Shown: positions 1-13,320 of the stretch, one piece after another
How positions within the stretch are numbered: position 1 is the stretch's first letter
Layout of the letters: the number at the start of each line of letters is the position of its first letter
NCBI RefSeq assembly: GCF_030028105.1
Contig: NC_092373.1
Location: forward strand, 37,663,770-37,727,769
Origin: Mobula birostris
Taxonomy: Eukaryota
Direction: 5' to 3'
Length of the DNA stretch: 64,000 nucleotides
Translations under genes and position numbers: made by a program
Notes under the pieces: model-generated
Database searches by the model: none
Seen by the model: only the letters and a program-made list of their open reading frames with translations
Told to the model about the DNA's origin: nothing

Positions 1-187
1 TCCCTCCCCCTCCTGTCTTCTCCTATCATTTTGGATCTCCCCCTCCCCCTCCCACTTTCAAATCTCTTACTAACTCTTCCTTCAGTTAGTTCTGACGAAG
101 GGTCTCGGCCTGAAACATCGACTGTACCTCCTCCTAGAGATGCTGCCTGGCCTGCTGCGTTCACCAGCAACTTTGATGTGTGTTGCT
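1..187 (+). mobile_element. Penelope-derived terminal repeat carrying a hammerhead motif
   Basis: Near-identical to the reverse complement of 25077-25255 and to the arms at 17.5 and 18.1 kb. Confidence 0.8.
88..123 (+). ncRNA. Minimal type I hammerhead ribozyme motif
   Basis: AGUU-CUGACGA-A-GGG(UCUCGG)CCU-GAAACAUC-GACU. Confidence 0.65.
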
Positions 188-1720
188 TCCACTTCCTCAA
201 CCAAGTCATTTATAAAAAATCACAAACAGCAAGGCTCCCAGAACAGATCCCTGTGGAATATCAGTGGTTACCAAACCCTAGGCAGAACGTGCTCCATCTG
301 CCTTCTGTGAGCAAGCCAATTCTGAATCTGTGTTGCCAAGGTTCCCTGGATCCCATGCCTCCTGACTTTATGAATGGGCCTACCATGAAGAACCTTGTCA
401 ACAGCTTACACCATATCCACTTCTCTACCTTCATCAATTTGTTTTGTCACTTCCTCAAAGAATTCCATCATGCCCCTCTCAAAACCATACTATCTCTCAT
501 CAGACTATGCTTCTCCAAATGCTTGTATATCCTTTCTAAGAATCCTCTCCAATAGTTTGCCCACCACTCATGTAAGACTCACTGATCTATAATTCCCAAG
601 ATTATCCTTATTACCTTCCTTGAACAAAGGAATAACATGTTCCATCCTCCAATCTTTTGGTACTACCCTTGTGGCCAGTGGGGACATAAAGATTATTGCC
701 AAAGATGTAGTAATGTCTTCCCTCATTTACCTTAGTAACTGGGGTATATCCCATACAGTCCTGGGGACTTGTCTATCCTCTGTCTTAATGTTGCTCCTGC
801 ATATTAGTCTGATCTATGCTGTCCTCACATTTGCCAAGGCCCCTCTCACTGGTGAATACTGAACCAAAGTATTCATTAAAGACCTCCCCTACGTCCTCTG
901 ACTCCTGGCCCATGTTTCCTCTTTTATCCTTGATGGGTCCTACCTCACTTTAGTCATCCAACTGTTCTTCCTGTACATGTAGAATGCCTTGGGGTTTTCC
1001 TTAATCCTACTCGCCAAGACCTTCTCATGTCCCTTTCTAGCTCTCCTAAGTCCCTTCTTAATCTCCTTCATGGCTATCTAATAACTCTCAAAAGCTTTAT
1101 CTGATCCCTGTTTCCTAAAGCTTAAGTATGTTTCTTTCTTCCTCGTGACTAAATGTTCTGCATTTCTTGTCAACCATGGTTCCTTCACCCTACCATCTTT
1201 TCCTTGTCTCAGTAGAACAGAAATATCCAGAACTCCATGCAAGAGCTCCCCCAACAAAATCCACATTTCCATTGTGTTTTCCCTTGAGTACATTTGTTCC
1301 CAATTTACACTCCCAAGCTCCTGCTTAATAGCATCATAATTCCATACCGTGTGTTACCTGACCAGGTTCATTGCCTATTAATAACTTCTGTCCCATCTGA
1401 ACCTTTTGCACTAAGGAGGTGCCAATCAATATTAAGGAAACTAAAGCCTCCCATGACAACAACCGTTATTTTTGCACCTTTCCAGAATTTGCTTCCTGAA
1501 CTATTACTCCATGTCTCTCTTGCTATTGGAATGTCTATAGAATAGACTCAATAGAGTGATTGTTCCTGTCCTGTTTCTGACTTCCACCCACAGCGACTCA
1601 ATAAACAACCCCTCCACCACATCCTCCCTTTCAGCAGCTGGGATTCTGTCATGAATAGGCCTTGGGAAGTAGGTAAAAGAGATGGGGGAGTGCTTTGCTA
1701 ATCAGGAATAGTATCACAAC
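188..1720 (-). mobile_element. CR1-type LINE ORF2 fragments
   Basis: Decayed EN/RT sequence (KEPWLTR..E.LV.RKKE.Y; SPGL.GIYP). Confidence 0.7.
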
Positions 1721-2411
1721 TGCAGAAAGGGAGGATGCTGTGGAGATGTTGTTACTGGAACATTGAAACATCTAAACCCTGGAACCATTCCTGCCCTTGT
1801 GACAGCCGAGTATGTGAGTATACATGTGTTGTATACTAATGTGTATAGTATACGTGTTTAATATAATTTCACTGCTTCTCAATATCTCCTATTGATGACT
1901 TAAGACACCATATTTTAGAGTAATTAAATATTACTCACTTTAATTAGATCAACACAAACGCATTTTGTAGTACTGATGCTAAATTAGCATTTCATGAGGA
2001 TTGATGCCATTAGCACACTTCCAGCATGAGATGAATGCATGCCCCTGAAAGCCCCTGAAAACGGGCGTACTGTGCACAAACATGTACATGGGTATATCCC
2101 TCTTGAAATTCCAGTCATATCGCTACCCACAGTGTCCTAACAAAGAGCAATTTCACAACCAGGGAGTTTGTAGCCTTCCTATTCTTCCTACAAAAATGTA
2201 TCTTAAAACTTATCTGCAGTTAAAAATGTTTGCCAATTACCTGTGATTTTTTAAATTTATTAACCGCTAAATATTTTGCTGTAGATTCTTTTCAGAACTA
2301 ACTGTACCACACTTAATACTGCTAGGCAAGTTTGAAATTATACCTCTTATTCGAATCGAAAGTACAAAAGAATAGACCTTTGTAAAGTCAGATAATAAGG
2401 AGCTTTGAAAC

Positions 2412-2493
2412 CTGTTGTTCTGCCTCCTTTTCTTCCTGTAAATTTTGCAGCTGATTTCTCAGAGCTTTGACTTTCCTTCTGCCTTCTTCTTCC
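2412..2493 (-). CDS. IQCG: IQCG coding exon 5 (EEEGRRKVKALRNQLQNLQEEKEAEQQ); later exons not found, presumably left of the window
   Basis: CAG acceptor in phase 2. Matches recalled EEKGRKQI..LQKQL. The donor CAG|GTTTCA is weak, but read-through hits a stop after 7 codons. Confidence 0.82.
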
Positions 2494-2745
2494 CTGTTAC
2501 ATGTATATCAAAAAGTGAGTACTACAAGCCATGGCAATATATACCATTAACCACACAAGCCTGTGGCAATTCATTGTTTAATCTTTGAAGTTTCGGTAAA
2601 ACTAAATGTTTAAGATTTAGAGTTACTGTAATCAGAAATCCCAATAACCAGGCCCATACCACATTTTGAATTTTGGTTAGCACGATCTACTTTACTGCAT
2701 GTGAAAATCAGAAAAGCAGCTTTGAAGTGCTTTTTGGCTTTAGAG

Positions 2746-2823
2746 CTGGGTTCCCAACCTGGAGTCCACAGATCCCTTGCTTAGTGATAATGGTAATGGT
2801 ACAAAAAAAGTTGGGAAGCCCTG
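2746..2823. mobile_element. 78-bp hAT mini-MITE
   Basis: CTGGGTTCCCAAC / GTTGGGAAGCCCTG ends; near-perfect 8-bp TSD CTTTAGAG/CTTTCGAG. A partial copy lies at ~58167-58210. Confidence 0.7.
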
Positions 2824-3176
2824 CTTTCGAGCAATAACATTTAACAATGTAGTCCTCTGCTCTCTTCATTATTCTGTTTTTGAAACAAGGAACTTACTCC
2901 TTTAATTAAAAGGTGGAGATAAATATAGTTGACCATTTCAGTTAACACACAGAGATTCTAGTCCAAGATTTGCTGTGAGAAATATGGCTAAGTTTGTTCC
3001 AGAGTCTAATAAACGGGATCTGAAAGTATAGTTTCCCAATTTCCCTCAGGATCAATAAAGTATGACTATGACTAATTTACAGTTGGGAATACAGTGAGGC
3101 AGTCAATTGGAGAGTAAAATCTGTTCATGTTGACCTCGATATAGGCATTAAGACAACCATTGATAACAGGGCTCAC

Positions 3177-3305
3177 CTAATGATGGCATTTTGCATGTTG
3201 ATTTTTTTCTGTTTCTCCCTCTCAATCACATCCAGTAGAGTCAGGAAAGTTCCTGACACGTGCAACTCATTCAGGGTATTAGTAATCACATCTAAAGCAA
3301 ATTGC
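3177..3305 (-). CDS. IQCG: IQCG coding exon 4 (QFALDVITNTLNELHVSGTFLTLLDVIEREKQKKINMQNAIIR)
   Basis: 129-nt phase 2-2 exon with TAG acceptor and AG|GTGAG donor. It aligns with recalled human RQF.SDVIADTI.EL..S.T..SLL.....E. Confidence 0.9.
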
Positions 3306-4452
3306 CTATTAAGAGAATAAAAACTAGTAACAGTTTAATAATCAGGAATATATTGGTCTAAAATAAAAATGTCCATGTTATATTTAATTTCTAAATGGTA
3401 GCTTGAACAGATAGTGAAATAAATTAAACTATTAAGCCCATTTTAATTATGTCTTTTTTACCATTGCCACTGTAATAGAACAATGTAGACTTAAAATAAA
3501 TAAATGGATCAGTACAAAAATGTTAGAGACACTCAGCAAGTCAAGCAGCACCCGTGGAAAGGAAAAGAATTCTAGTTTCATTAAATGATGACTGACATGT
3601 TGTTTCCAGCATTTTTCTGTTTTTATTTCAGAATTCCAGTATCTGCAGCTTTTATTTTTAAACTTGTCGCATGTATCAATATGACATGATGTTGAGAAGT
3701 GAATCCTGTTGGTTAGTTACGTAGATTCTACAGATGTTGGAAATTCAGAATATGCACATAAAGCGCTAGAGGAACAGGCGGTACCTATGGAGAGGAATAA
3801 ACAGTTTGTATTTCAGGCCAAGACCCTTCATCAGGTTAGTTAAGTTGAAAGGATGCTAACTGCAAAGAATAACCTGAAACAGAATTGTGTTTAACATTTA
3901 CAGATTGTGAAATCAGGGCACTAGCTTTGACCAAGGTGCTATTCTGAGATTTGATAGAGGTTTACAAGATTATGAGGGTATTGATAGGGTAAATGCAAGC
4001 AGGTTTTTTCCACTGAGGTTAGGTGAGACTACAACTTGAGGTCGTATTTTATGTGCTGGGAGCCCTGGTGCTGCAGGTTATATTTGGATGTTAATCGGGC
4101 AGAGATTTTGGACAAAGTGGGAGTAATTTCATAGAAATTGGGAGCAAATTAGGTGGAAGTTCTTCATAGAGAGATGGCAAATCTTTGTAATTCTCTACTC
4201 AGAAGAGACAGTAACTGTTCATAAAAACAGAGTTCAACAGATTTATGAAATTAAAAGAATCAAAGGATTTGTGGACAGTTGAGGGAAATGGAGGTGTTGT
4301 AGAAGAGCAGCTATGATCTTGATAAATGGTGGGAAGCAATTCAAAAGGGTCAGACAACTTTCTCCTGCTCATAATATTATGTACTTATTAATTATTATAT
4401 TTTTAAACAAAAATAGAATTAATACTTAAAATGTTTGTTGTTGTGATCTCAC

Positions 4453-4700
4453 CTGTCAGTCTGTACCTTGGCCAGATTATCAGCACTAAGTGGATTCTGT
4501 TTCAGGGATGTGTTGAAGAGCTGACTACTCCTCTTCAGGTCTGCTGCAGCTTCTTGGATTTGCTCCCTCAGCCCCGTCAATTGGTCTGTAGGAAGCCTTC
4601 CAGCCTCCTTGTCCTGTGACCTCAGAGTCAGAAGATCCTGATATTTTGACTCCACTTGTTTCTGACCCTTCAGTATCAGGTCAATTTCATTCCTGATATT
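4453..4700 (-). CDS. IQCG: IQCG coding exon 3 (NIRNEIDLILKGQKQVESKY...NPLSADNLAKVQTDR)
   Basis: tttttcatctccAG acceptor and AG|GTGAG donor. 248 nt, phase 0 to 2, open frame, coiled-coil-like. It ends in the K.Q.DR motif of DRC9. Confidence 0.88.
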
Positions 4701-6749
4701 CTGGAGATGAAAAATGTGAGATTTTCATTTGCAGTAAAAAAAATTCAGTAGCACTCAGGGTTTTCAAAATCTTTACAATTTTAAGGAATATAATTTATAA
4801 TTTAAAATTTTGTTGATATATGGAATATCATCTGGTACACTACACACTTTAACAATGTGACAATGCCACATGTATTTTACAGACATAAAATCATTTAAGA
4901 CAGAACTGTAAGACTCTTATTAACTTGTCCTCTAGTCCCAATGAAAGGTCTCAGCCCAAAACGTCAACTGTACTCTTTCCCATAGATGCTGCCTAGCCTG
5001 CTGAGTTCCTCCAGCATTTTGTGTGTGTTGCTTGGATTTCCAGCATCTGCAGATTTTCTCTTGTTTGTGATTGGACTCTTATAACTTGTTTGAACTGAAA
5101 TACAGTGGTGCAATCAACACTTAAAGCTGTGTGGACCATTGAGTTTGAAGAGTCAATTTATACAATAAATAAACTTAAATGATAAAGAGAGGATAAGGGT
5201 GAAGATAAATTATGAGATTCCACTCCTACAAAATGCACTACTGAGATATGTGATGTTACCTGTTTGAATAGGCAAGGTGGTACCCATGGAACTATTCTAC
5301 ATCAGGCAGCACTGCCTGAGGGGTAGGGGAAAACTGCAGATGCATCAAAAATAGTTTGGAATTGGTGTGTATCTACTTAACATGTCACAGTTTATATGCA
5401 TTCAATAATCACAGCATCGTTGGATAAAATTAACTACACAGCAGAGATTTGTGTCAAGGGTTTACTGCAAATTAAACTGATAATTATCAGTGTGAGAACT
5501 GCAACTCATGAGGTTTGTAATTATAAAATAGAAAGTGTTGTAAAGGCTCACAGGCAGGTAGCTACTCTGGAGAGAAACAGAGGTAACAATTTGTTCAAAA
5601 GATAGAAATAAAACTAACTTTAAATTCCTGACAAATGGGGAGAGGCAGAGGAAATAAAAGGGAAGCTAAAGTCTACTTTTAATTTTATAGTATGGATACC
5701 AAAATTGTACAAAAGTGATGTGAGGAACATAATTGTACTGTACTTTTCATTTTCAGACATGCACAAAGTTAAAATAGACTATTTCTAGACAACTATCTTT
5801 TGACTAATCACAGATAACTATATGATTAACATGAAGGAATATTGTGTTAATTATTTTAATGTGCTAACTATACCTATTGATGATGGAATGCTGCGAGATC
5901 ACTAACTAGGGAAACAAGTTTTGATAAAGAGAGGAAGAGGAGGGAGTGGGGGAAAGATGGAAAGGATGGGTAGATATATACATTCTATTGATGTTTGACA
6001 GGAGAAATTGATATTTGTTCTACTTTGCAAGACTTTTACATGACTCCCTTTGACTCCAGATCTCTGGGTTCTGAGGTGATTGAAAAACCCGTCTGGAAAC
6101 CACAGACACTCCACAAGTGGAGCTGGAGTTTCCAGATGGATGGTGGGGGGACCGGTCATTTTAGGGTTGGTTTTCTTCTTCTGCCCTTTGTGTTGGATGT
6201 TTGTGTTTTCCTAATGCATTGAGCTGGGTTTTCAATAGCACCCTTAGTGTTCATGGTCCACTTTGAATGACTTCCAGGTGTCACTGGGGTTGTTGCATTT
6301 TTCAAGGAAGCTTTGAAAACATGTTTTTTTCCCTCTCTCTCTGTCTAACTGTTATAGGTATTCCAAATCTCAGACATGGGTATAAAGGCAAAAGTAGAAA
6401 TTGATTTTGTATCAGGCTTGAGGCACTAATCTTCAAACAGCCAAAGGTCATGCTTGATAGCTGAAGGTTGTGCTGAATTTCTTCACTGACATTAGCTTTT
6501 GTAGAGGGATGGCTCCAGAGACAGAATAAACACACAAAATGCTGGAAATACTCAGCAGATCAGGCTGCATCTATCGAACGAGAAACAGCAATAATATTTC
6601 AGGTCTAAGAATTAACATTTCAAACCAAAACATTAACTCAATTTCTCTTCTCGCAGATGTAGCCTGAACTGCTATTTCCCACACTTTCTGCTTTACTTTA
6701 GATTTCCAGCGTCTGCAGTTCATTTTTTATTTTAAATTTAGAAATATTA

Positions 6750-7345
6750 GACCATAAAACATCAGAGCAGAATTAGGCCATTCAGCCCATCAAGTCAGCT
6801 CTGCTCTTCGATCACGGCTGATTTATTTTCCCTCTGAACCCCATTCTCCTGCCTTCTGCCCTTAGCCTTTGACGCACTTACAAATCAAGGACCTATCAAC
6901 CTCCAATTTAAATACACTCAGTGAAGTGGCTTCCACAGTCATCGGTGGCAATGAATTCCACAGATTCACCACTTTCTACTAAGGAAATTCCTTCCCATCT
7001 CTGATCAAAAGGAACATCCTTTATAGAAGTTAATAAAATCATAAGGGGCAGATAAGTCTTTTTCCCAGGATGAGGAGTCCAGAAGTAGGGGATACAGGGT
7101 TTGTGAGAGCAGAAAGGGGATATGAGGGGCAAGTTTTTCCACAGAGAGAATGGTGTGTATATGGATCGATCTGCCAGAGGAAGTGGGGAAGGTCAGTACA
7201 AATATAATGTTTAAAGATTTTTAGGCAGGTACATTGATAGAAAAGGTTCGGAGGGATTTGGGCAAATGGAATTTGCTCAAGCAGACACCTTGGTTGGCAT
7301 AGATAAACTGAGCCAAAGAGCCTGTTCCTCCTGTACAACTCTACG
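6750..7345. mobile_element. CR1 3'-end fragments (minus, then plus)
   Basis: Typical tails (gaattccacagattcaccact; gggcaagttttt..acagaga.tggtg). Confidence 0.65.
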
Positions 7346-8069
7346 CTGCTGGACCTATGTTTCCAGCATTTTCTGATTATCAGATTTCCAGCATCTCCTT
7401 TTTTTTTTTGGATTTTTTTTCCAACACGTTAAAAACCCCTGGATCGTGAACTTTCACCTATTCAGAGCAAGGTTCTGTCAGTGAGACTACAGTCAAGGCC
7501 TCAGAGGAATCTGGACAGGTTGTTAGTTCAACATTTGTACAAGTGATATCTTAAATGCAAGGAGTCTAACCAACCAGGTGCTGTTGGAAAGAAGGTTGCA
7601 GGGATTACCTGGTAAAAAGGAGTACCACACAAGTGCATTTGTAAATCCATGCTCATTTGGGAAGCCTACAATTCAGTCAAATCCCCGAGTATCCTCCACC
7701 TGCACTGGTTGGCTGAAGGAAGAGTAGAACTTTCCTCTACTTGGGTCTGGGTGCCCTCCCTACACGAGCAACAAACTGTGAAGTATGACATGGATCAATA
7801 GCAGTAGCCTGGAGTGGTCCTGAGCAAAATGTGACTCGAGTTCAACTGAGGACAGCTCAGTCATGTGCGTGAGGTTGCAATGAGATCAAAAGATCTCACA
7901 AAGAAATGCCCGTTGAAATAAAGCCTGCAAAGGCGTTGTTGTAGTTATGGTCATACAGCAGAAAACGGGCCCTTCCGCTCACTCTGAGTCTCCACCGACC
8001 ATCAACCACCAACTTACACGGATCATATTTTATTCTCCCCATTACCTTCAACTCCTCCCAGATCCTACC

Positions 8070-8290
8070 CCACACCCACACACTAGGGGTAATTTACAGC
8101 AACAGTTAACCCATTGACCTGCACGTACTTGGGAGGTGGGAGGAAACGAAAGCAACCAGAGGAAACTTACATGATCACAGTGCGGATGTGTAAACTCCAC
8201 ACCGACAGTGCAAGAGGTCAGCATCAAACCCAAGTCACTGGTGCTGAGAGGCAATGGCTCTGCTAGCTACACCACTGTGCCATCTCCCAA
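8070..8290 (-). mobile_element. V-SINE (HE1-like) tRNA-derived SINE
   Basis: Head ggcacagtggtg..., V-domain gtgtggagttt...gtttcctcccac, and gtaaattacccctagtgtg. Confidence 0.7.
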
Positions 8291-8395
8291 AGCCCACATA
8301 GGAGCATGACCCTTTGAAAAGGCTGAATGGTTACTGCCTTGTGTAATGAACCTTTCTATACCTCCTCCACACGGCTCTTTGATCATTTTTCCTAA

Positions 8396-8870
8396 GTTGT
8401 GTGCAGAGTGTATTGACTGGCCTGGTATGGAAACACCAATCCCTTTGAGCGGAAAATGCTGCAAAAAGTAGTGGATTCAGCCCAGTACATCACGGGTAAA
8501 ACCCTCCCAACCAACGAGCCCAACCACATGAAACATTGCCGTAGGAAAGGAGCATCCAGCATCAAAGAGCCCCTCCACACAGGCCATGCTCTTTTCTCAT
8601 TGCTGCCATCAGGTAGAAGGTACAATTCTATTTCTGGTGTTCCCACAACCGATGGTCTCACTTTATGGACTCCTGATCTTATTATTTCATACTCTCATTG
8701 TTTATTGCTATTTATTTATACTTACATCTGCACAGTTTATTGATCATTGATTCTGTTTACAGTTACTGTTCTATAGATTCGTTGAGCATACCTGCAGGAA
8801 AAAGAATCTCAGGGTTGTATGTGGAGACACGCATGTACTCTGATAGTAAATTTTACTTTGAACTCTGAAC
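8396..8870 (+). mobile_element. Rex1/Babar-type LINE 3' end
   Basis: LQKVVDSAQYITG...HTGHALFSLLPSGRRY; tail tttactttgaactctgaac. Confidence 0.75.
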
Positions 8871-9829
8871 TTTAATGTGAGGAACAGCAGCAGCCATTGT
8901 AACTTAGCAAGACCAAGGCTGGGTGATGGGTCAAAAGTTCAAGTGGAATGGTGATATCTAAATCAGTGCAGCTCTCACTCACTGATTAATCTGCTAGAGA
9001 AGCAGCCTAGATTATGTACACAAGCCATAGGGTAATACTTGAACCTACAATATTATCTGAGCCGTGCAGGAAGAATCCCAGGCCTCTGTGTAGAATTAAT
9101 ATACAAACTGTGCTCTGGGCTAACAAGATAAAGGTTGCCAGCATCATAAACTACTGTGGATCTGCCAAATTCAAGTTTTGGAGGATCATATTCAGCACTG
9201 GGGTTGGAGGGACTTTCAAACACTCATCATCACACATGACACTTGGGAGCCACTGCAACTCCAAAGGAAATAACGTTTGGATCAGAACTTTTCTTCAGGA
9301 AGTCAAAATGACCTCTTTCACCAAATATTGTACCTGATACGGCAAGAAATTAAACAGTTAACAATGTTTAGAGGCAAATAAGCTGATAAGGTAACAGAAA
9401 CTGAATATCGCTACCATGGGTTGCTGGGTGGTGTGCTGCAGAACAGCCTGTCCCATGCTTTATCTAAAAAACTGAGGGCAACTCCAATACCAGAGATTAC
9501 TTCACATCCGCACAATGATCCATTGGCAACGACAACTTCTTTAATATTTGTTTTACCTTTTAAAGTGATGCTTTCTCCTACAACTTACAAAGTACGTGTA
9601 AAGTCCAACATAGGGACAACTACACAAACCAGCAAAGCCCCTGTTAAAATCCCTAGTCTGTGCCACAATTACTCTTAAACCTTTGGGTTATGGGAGATAC
9701 ATACGCACATCTCTCATAGCTCATTCTTCAGTGATCTTCCAGTGTCCGTGCTTTATTGACAAACACAAGCAGGATTTGGATTCCAGGGAAAACCTCCTGA
9801 CCATATCACAATCACAGGATGATTACAAC

Positions 9830-10580
9830 ATACAAAAAAACACTTAGCTAAATGAGTCCATACTTGGTCTAAGTAAGAATAATTGAGTTAATCCCATTTC
9901 ACAATCCTCTCTCCACAGCCCTGCAAATCCTTTCCTTTGAGATATTTATCAGCTCGCTTTTGAACACAACAATTGACTCTGTCACCACTACCACCTCCTC
10001 ACAATGCATTGCAGGCCCTCACCTCTCCCTGCATTTTAAACAAAATCCTCATGTCACTGTTGGCTCCTTATCCAACCACCATCATTCTATGTCCTTGAGT
10101 TGCTGACCTACCACCAATGTTTCAATCAACTTTGTCATGATCTTAAATACCTTTCTCAGATCCCCGCGTAACTTCCTCTGTTCCAAAGATGAGAACCCCA
10201 GCTTCTCCTGTCTATTGATTGAACTAAGCTCCCTGGTCCCTGGGATCATTTTTGTAAATCCCTTCCATACCCTCTCCAAAGTCTCAATATCCCTTCTAGT
10301 GTGGCCCAGAACCGGTTAATACTTCAGTTATGTCCAAACCATTATTTTATGAAGATTCTTTGTGATTTCCTTGCAAGTAGTTTATATCTCTCTTTATGAA
10401 GTCCAGAATCCCATACACTTCAAGCATTTTATTAAAACGCACTACTACTATCAATAAACTCTGCATATATACCCTCTGTTCTTATATCCTTTTTAGGATT
10501 GAATCTCTTGGTTTATATTGTTGCTTCCTATTCTTCCTTTTAAAATGTGATATACTTTTCTCAGCATTAAATTTCATTGA
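9830..10580 (-). mobile_element. Old CR1 3' fragment
   Basis: ERV...FTKMIPG.R.L....R.EKLG.SSLEQR.LRGDL..VFKIM. Confidence 0.65.
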
Positions 10581-11160
10581 CCTGTCTGCCTATTCAGCCT
10601 AATATTATAGGGGGTTATATTTTCCAATGTTTCACCATAGCAGATCAGTTTTCCAGATATTGAGTATGAATCCCATTCTTTTGTATGCTTAAAGCATTTA
10701 CAATTTTCTTTTTTTGTAATTTACACAATTTATGATAATTTTAAATTGCTCACAAATTTTGTAACCACATGCTCACAAAAGGTATGAATTTTGCCAAGAA
10801 CCTATTAGCACTTTGTGCAAATAGATGCAGTATCCTTGCGTGGCACACTTTAACACAATTGAAAGGATCAGTAGGTAGAATTGCTAGGTCTGTTGGAATC
10901 AGTTAGTTTAACAACATTAAAGTACAGAAATAAAAAGGGAACTGAGGAGGTAATAGTTTCTAGACTAGCATCTTAAAAAGTTCACCTTTCCACTAATTAC
11001 ACTTAACTTCTCTTTGTTGCTACAGGTCTCCCTGAATTATTCCTCTACGTGATAAAAAGAGTCTATACCCACAATAAAACTGATCATGATCTGGCACACA
11101 GTTGATTTATTAGATCCTTTGGTAGACGCAGATACAACATAGATTTATGCTATTGCTTAC

Positions 11161-11290
11161 ACGTGTTGCATCTGGCTTTTCTTCATAGGAGACTGGCATA
11201 ATGAGGCCAAGAATGGTTAATTGATCGATACAATCTTCCAGAACACTGCAAATCCGGAGAATGTCACTCTGGGAAAGTTGCTTCATCGAC
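11161..11290 (-). CDS. IQCG: IQCG coding exon 2 (SMKQLSQSDILRICSVLEDCIDQLTILGLIMPVSYEEKPDATR)
   Basis: Polypyrimidine tract + AG acceptor and GTAAG donor. VLEDCIDQLTILGLIMPVSYE matches the recalled IQCG motif LED.xDQL.IL.xIMPV.YE. Confidence 0.88.
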
Positions 11291-11965
11291 CTATTCTCAT
11301 TAAAGGAGAAGAAAAAAAGACAATGCTAAATTTAACCAAGATAAAATTACCATCAGTCCAACAATTTGCTGAGATAAGGAAAGTTTAAAATAACTTCTTG
11401 TGATTGGACAATAAATGAAGAAGCTGTTAGACTGGATTAACAGCAGGCCAAATTCCATCTGAACTCAGGGTCGCTGTTTAGTACTAGTGAATGGTGAGAT
11501 GTGGTTTTGCATCTGTTACTACGGAAAGGTCAATAACTTCAATGGACAGGCAACTCTGTGCAAGACATAAATTCTTGTAGCTTGCTGGAGAGAGATTGCC
11601 TGCAATAGCAATAATGAGAAATTATAGCGTAAATAACCCAGGAGAATTAAGGGTGCATAGTCATAAATGTGAAGTTACCCTTTTGCTGTAAGTTATCCAG
11701 TGAGGTAAATTCCACTTCTGTGCACATGATTTTAACTAATGACATCAAATCAATTAACAATGCACTTCAAAGTAAGAAATATAACCGTAAATAATAGACT
11801 TGCCTTTACGTAAAATGATTTTATGCCTCCTTCAAGACATGGTAAAGCACTTCACTACAGACACTGGGGCTAACTCCAGCACTTCCATTGCAGCAGAGCC
11901 ATTGTGGATCATTTTGGCTGAGTAACACACTAGGTAGTGCATCTACCGAATTGAGACACTGTAGC

Positions 11966-13172
11966 AACACTCACAACATGCTGGAAGAACTCAGCAGGTC
12001 GGGCAGCATCCATGGAGACGATCAGTCGACGTTTCAGGCCGGAATGCTACGTCAGGACTGTAGGGGGAAGGGGCAGAGGCCCTATAAAGAAGGTGGGGGG
12101 AGGGTGGGAAGGAGAAGGCTGGTAGGTTCCAGGTGAAAAACCAGTAAGGGGAAAGATAAAAGGGTCAGGGAAGGGAGGCAGGGAGGGGATAGGCAGGAAA
12201 GGTGAAGAAAGAATAGGGGAAAACACAGTGGGTAGTAGAAGGAAGTGGAACCATGAGGGAGGTGGTAGGCAGCTGGGGGAGGGGGCAGAGAGACATAGGG
12301 ATAGAGGAAGGGAGGGGGAGGGAATTACCGGAAGTTGGAGAATTCTATGTTCATACCAAGGGGCTGGAGACTACCTAGACAGTATATGAGGTGTTGCTCC
12401 TCCAACCTGAGTTTAGCCTCATCACGGCAGTAGAGGAGGCCATGTATGGACATATCTGAATGGGAGTGGGAAGCAGAGTTGAAGTGGGTGGCTACTGGGA
12501 GATCCTGTCTGTTTTGGTGGACGAAGCGGAGGTGCTCGATGAAGCGGTCCCCCAATCTGCATCGGGTTTCACCAATGTAAAGGAGGCCGCACTGGGAGCA
12601 CCGGATGTAATAGATGACCCCAACAGACTCACAAGTAAAGTGTTGCCTCACTTGGAAGTACTGTTTGGAGCCCTGAACGGTGGCAAGAAAGGAGGTGTAG
12701 GGACAGGTGTAGCACTTGCGCTTACAGGGATAAGTGCCAGGTGGGAGATCCGTGGGGAGGGACGTGTGGACCAGGGAGTCGCGGAGGGACCGATCCCTGC
12801 GGAAGGTGGAAAGGGGTGGAGAGGGAAAGATGTGCTTAGTGGTGGGGTCCTGTTGAAGGTGGCGGAAGTTGCGGAGGATAATGTGCTGGATCCGGAGGCT
12901 GGTGGGTTGGTAGGTAAGGACAAGGGGAACTCTGTCCCTGTTGTGGGAGGATGGGGTGAGGGCCGAAGTGCGGGAAATGGAGGAGATGTGGGTGAGGGCA
13001 TCATTGATGACGGCAGAAGGGAAACCACGATCCTTAAAGAAAAAGGACATTTGAGATGTCCTGGAACGGAAAGCCTCATCCTCGGAGCAGATGCGGCGGA
13101 GACGGAGAAACTGGGAATAGGGAATGGCATTTTTGCATGTGGCGGGGTGGGAAGAGGTATAGTTGAGGTAGT
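11966..13172 (-). mobile_element. 5'-truncated Penelope-like retroelement (RT C-terminal region + GIY-YIG endonuclease + terminal repeat), young copy in IQCG intron 1
   Basis: About 280 uninterrupted codons (13172-12325) with YLNYTSSHP..CKNAIPYSQFLRLRRICS and VIYYIRCSQCGLLYIGET...RF.EH. CpGs are retained. Candidate TSD TGTAGC at 11960-11965 and 13173-13178. Confidence 0.9.
12023..12060 (-). ncRNA. Degenerate hammerhead motif in the terminal repeat of the Penelope-like element
   Basis: CAGUC-CUGACGU-AG...CU-GAAACGUC-GACUG. Helix I (5 bp) and GAAACGUC are intact; A9 and helix II are mutated. Confidence 0.55.
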
Positions 13173-13220
13173 TGTAGCTATTGACGTGCAAACCTGCAGC
13201 ATTAACACCGAGCAACTCAC

Positions 13221-13297
13221 CCTCTTGCCTCATTATTTACAAGCGATTCATTGGGATCAGCGCAGAGAATGTCCCCCGGCGCCCTCATCCCAGCCAT
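13221..13297 (-). CDS. IQCG: IQCG/DRC9 probable first coding exon (MAGMRAPGDILCADPNESLVNNEAR-G)
   Basis: ATG at 13297 (aacaATGG) lies just downstream of an X-box. The exon ends GG|GTGAGT (phase 2) and joins the next exon in frame as GG|G TCG ATG AAG. Confidence 0.7.
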
Positions 13298-13306
13298 TGT
13301 TGTTTT

Positions 13307-13320
13307 GTTGTCATGGAAAC
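13307..13320. promoter_or_regulatory. RFX X-box in the IQCG proximal promoter/5' region
   Basis: GTTGTCATGGAAAC matches the palindromic X-box consensus GTTGCCATGGCAAC at 12 of 14 positions. It lies about 10 nt before the IQCG ATG, and IQCG is a motile-cilia gene. Confidence 0.75.

Noticed and set aside
31-555. 174-aa ORF at the window start
   Set aside because: Chance fusion across a Penelope terminal repeat and antisense CR1 sequence.
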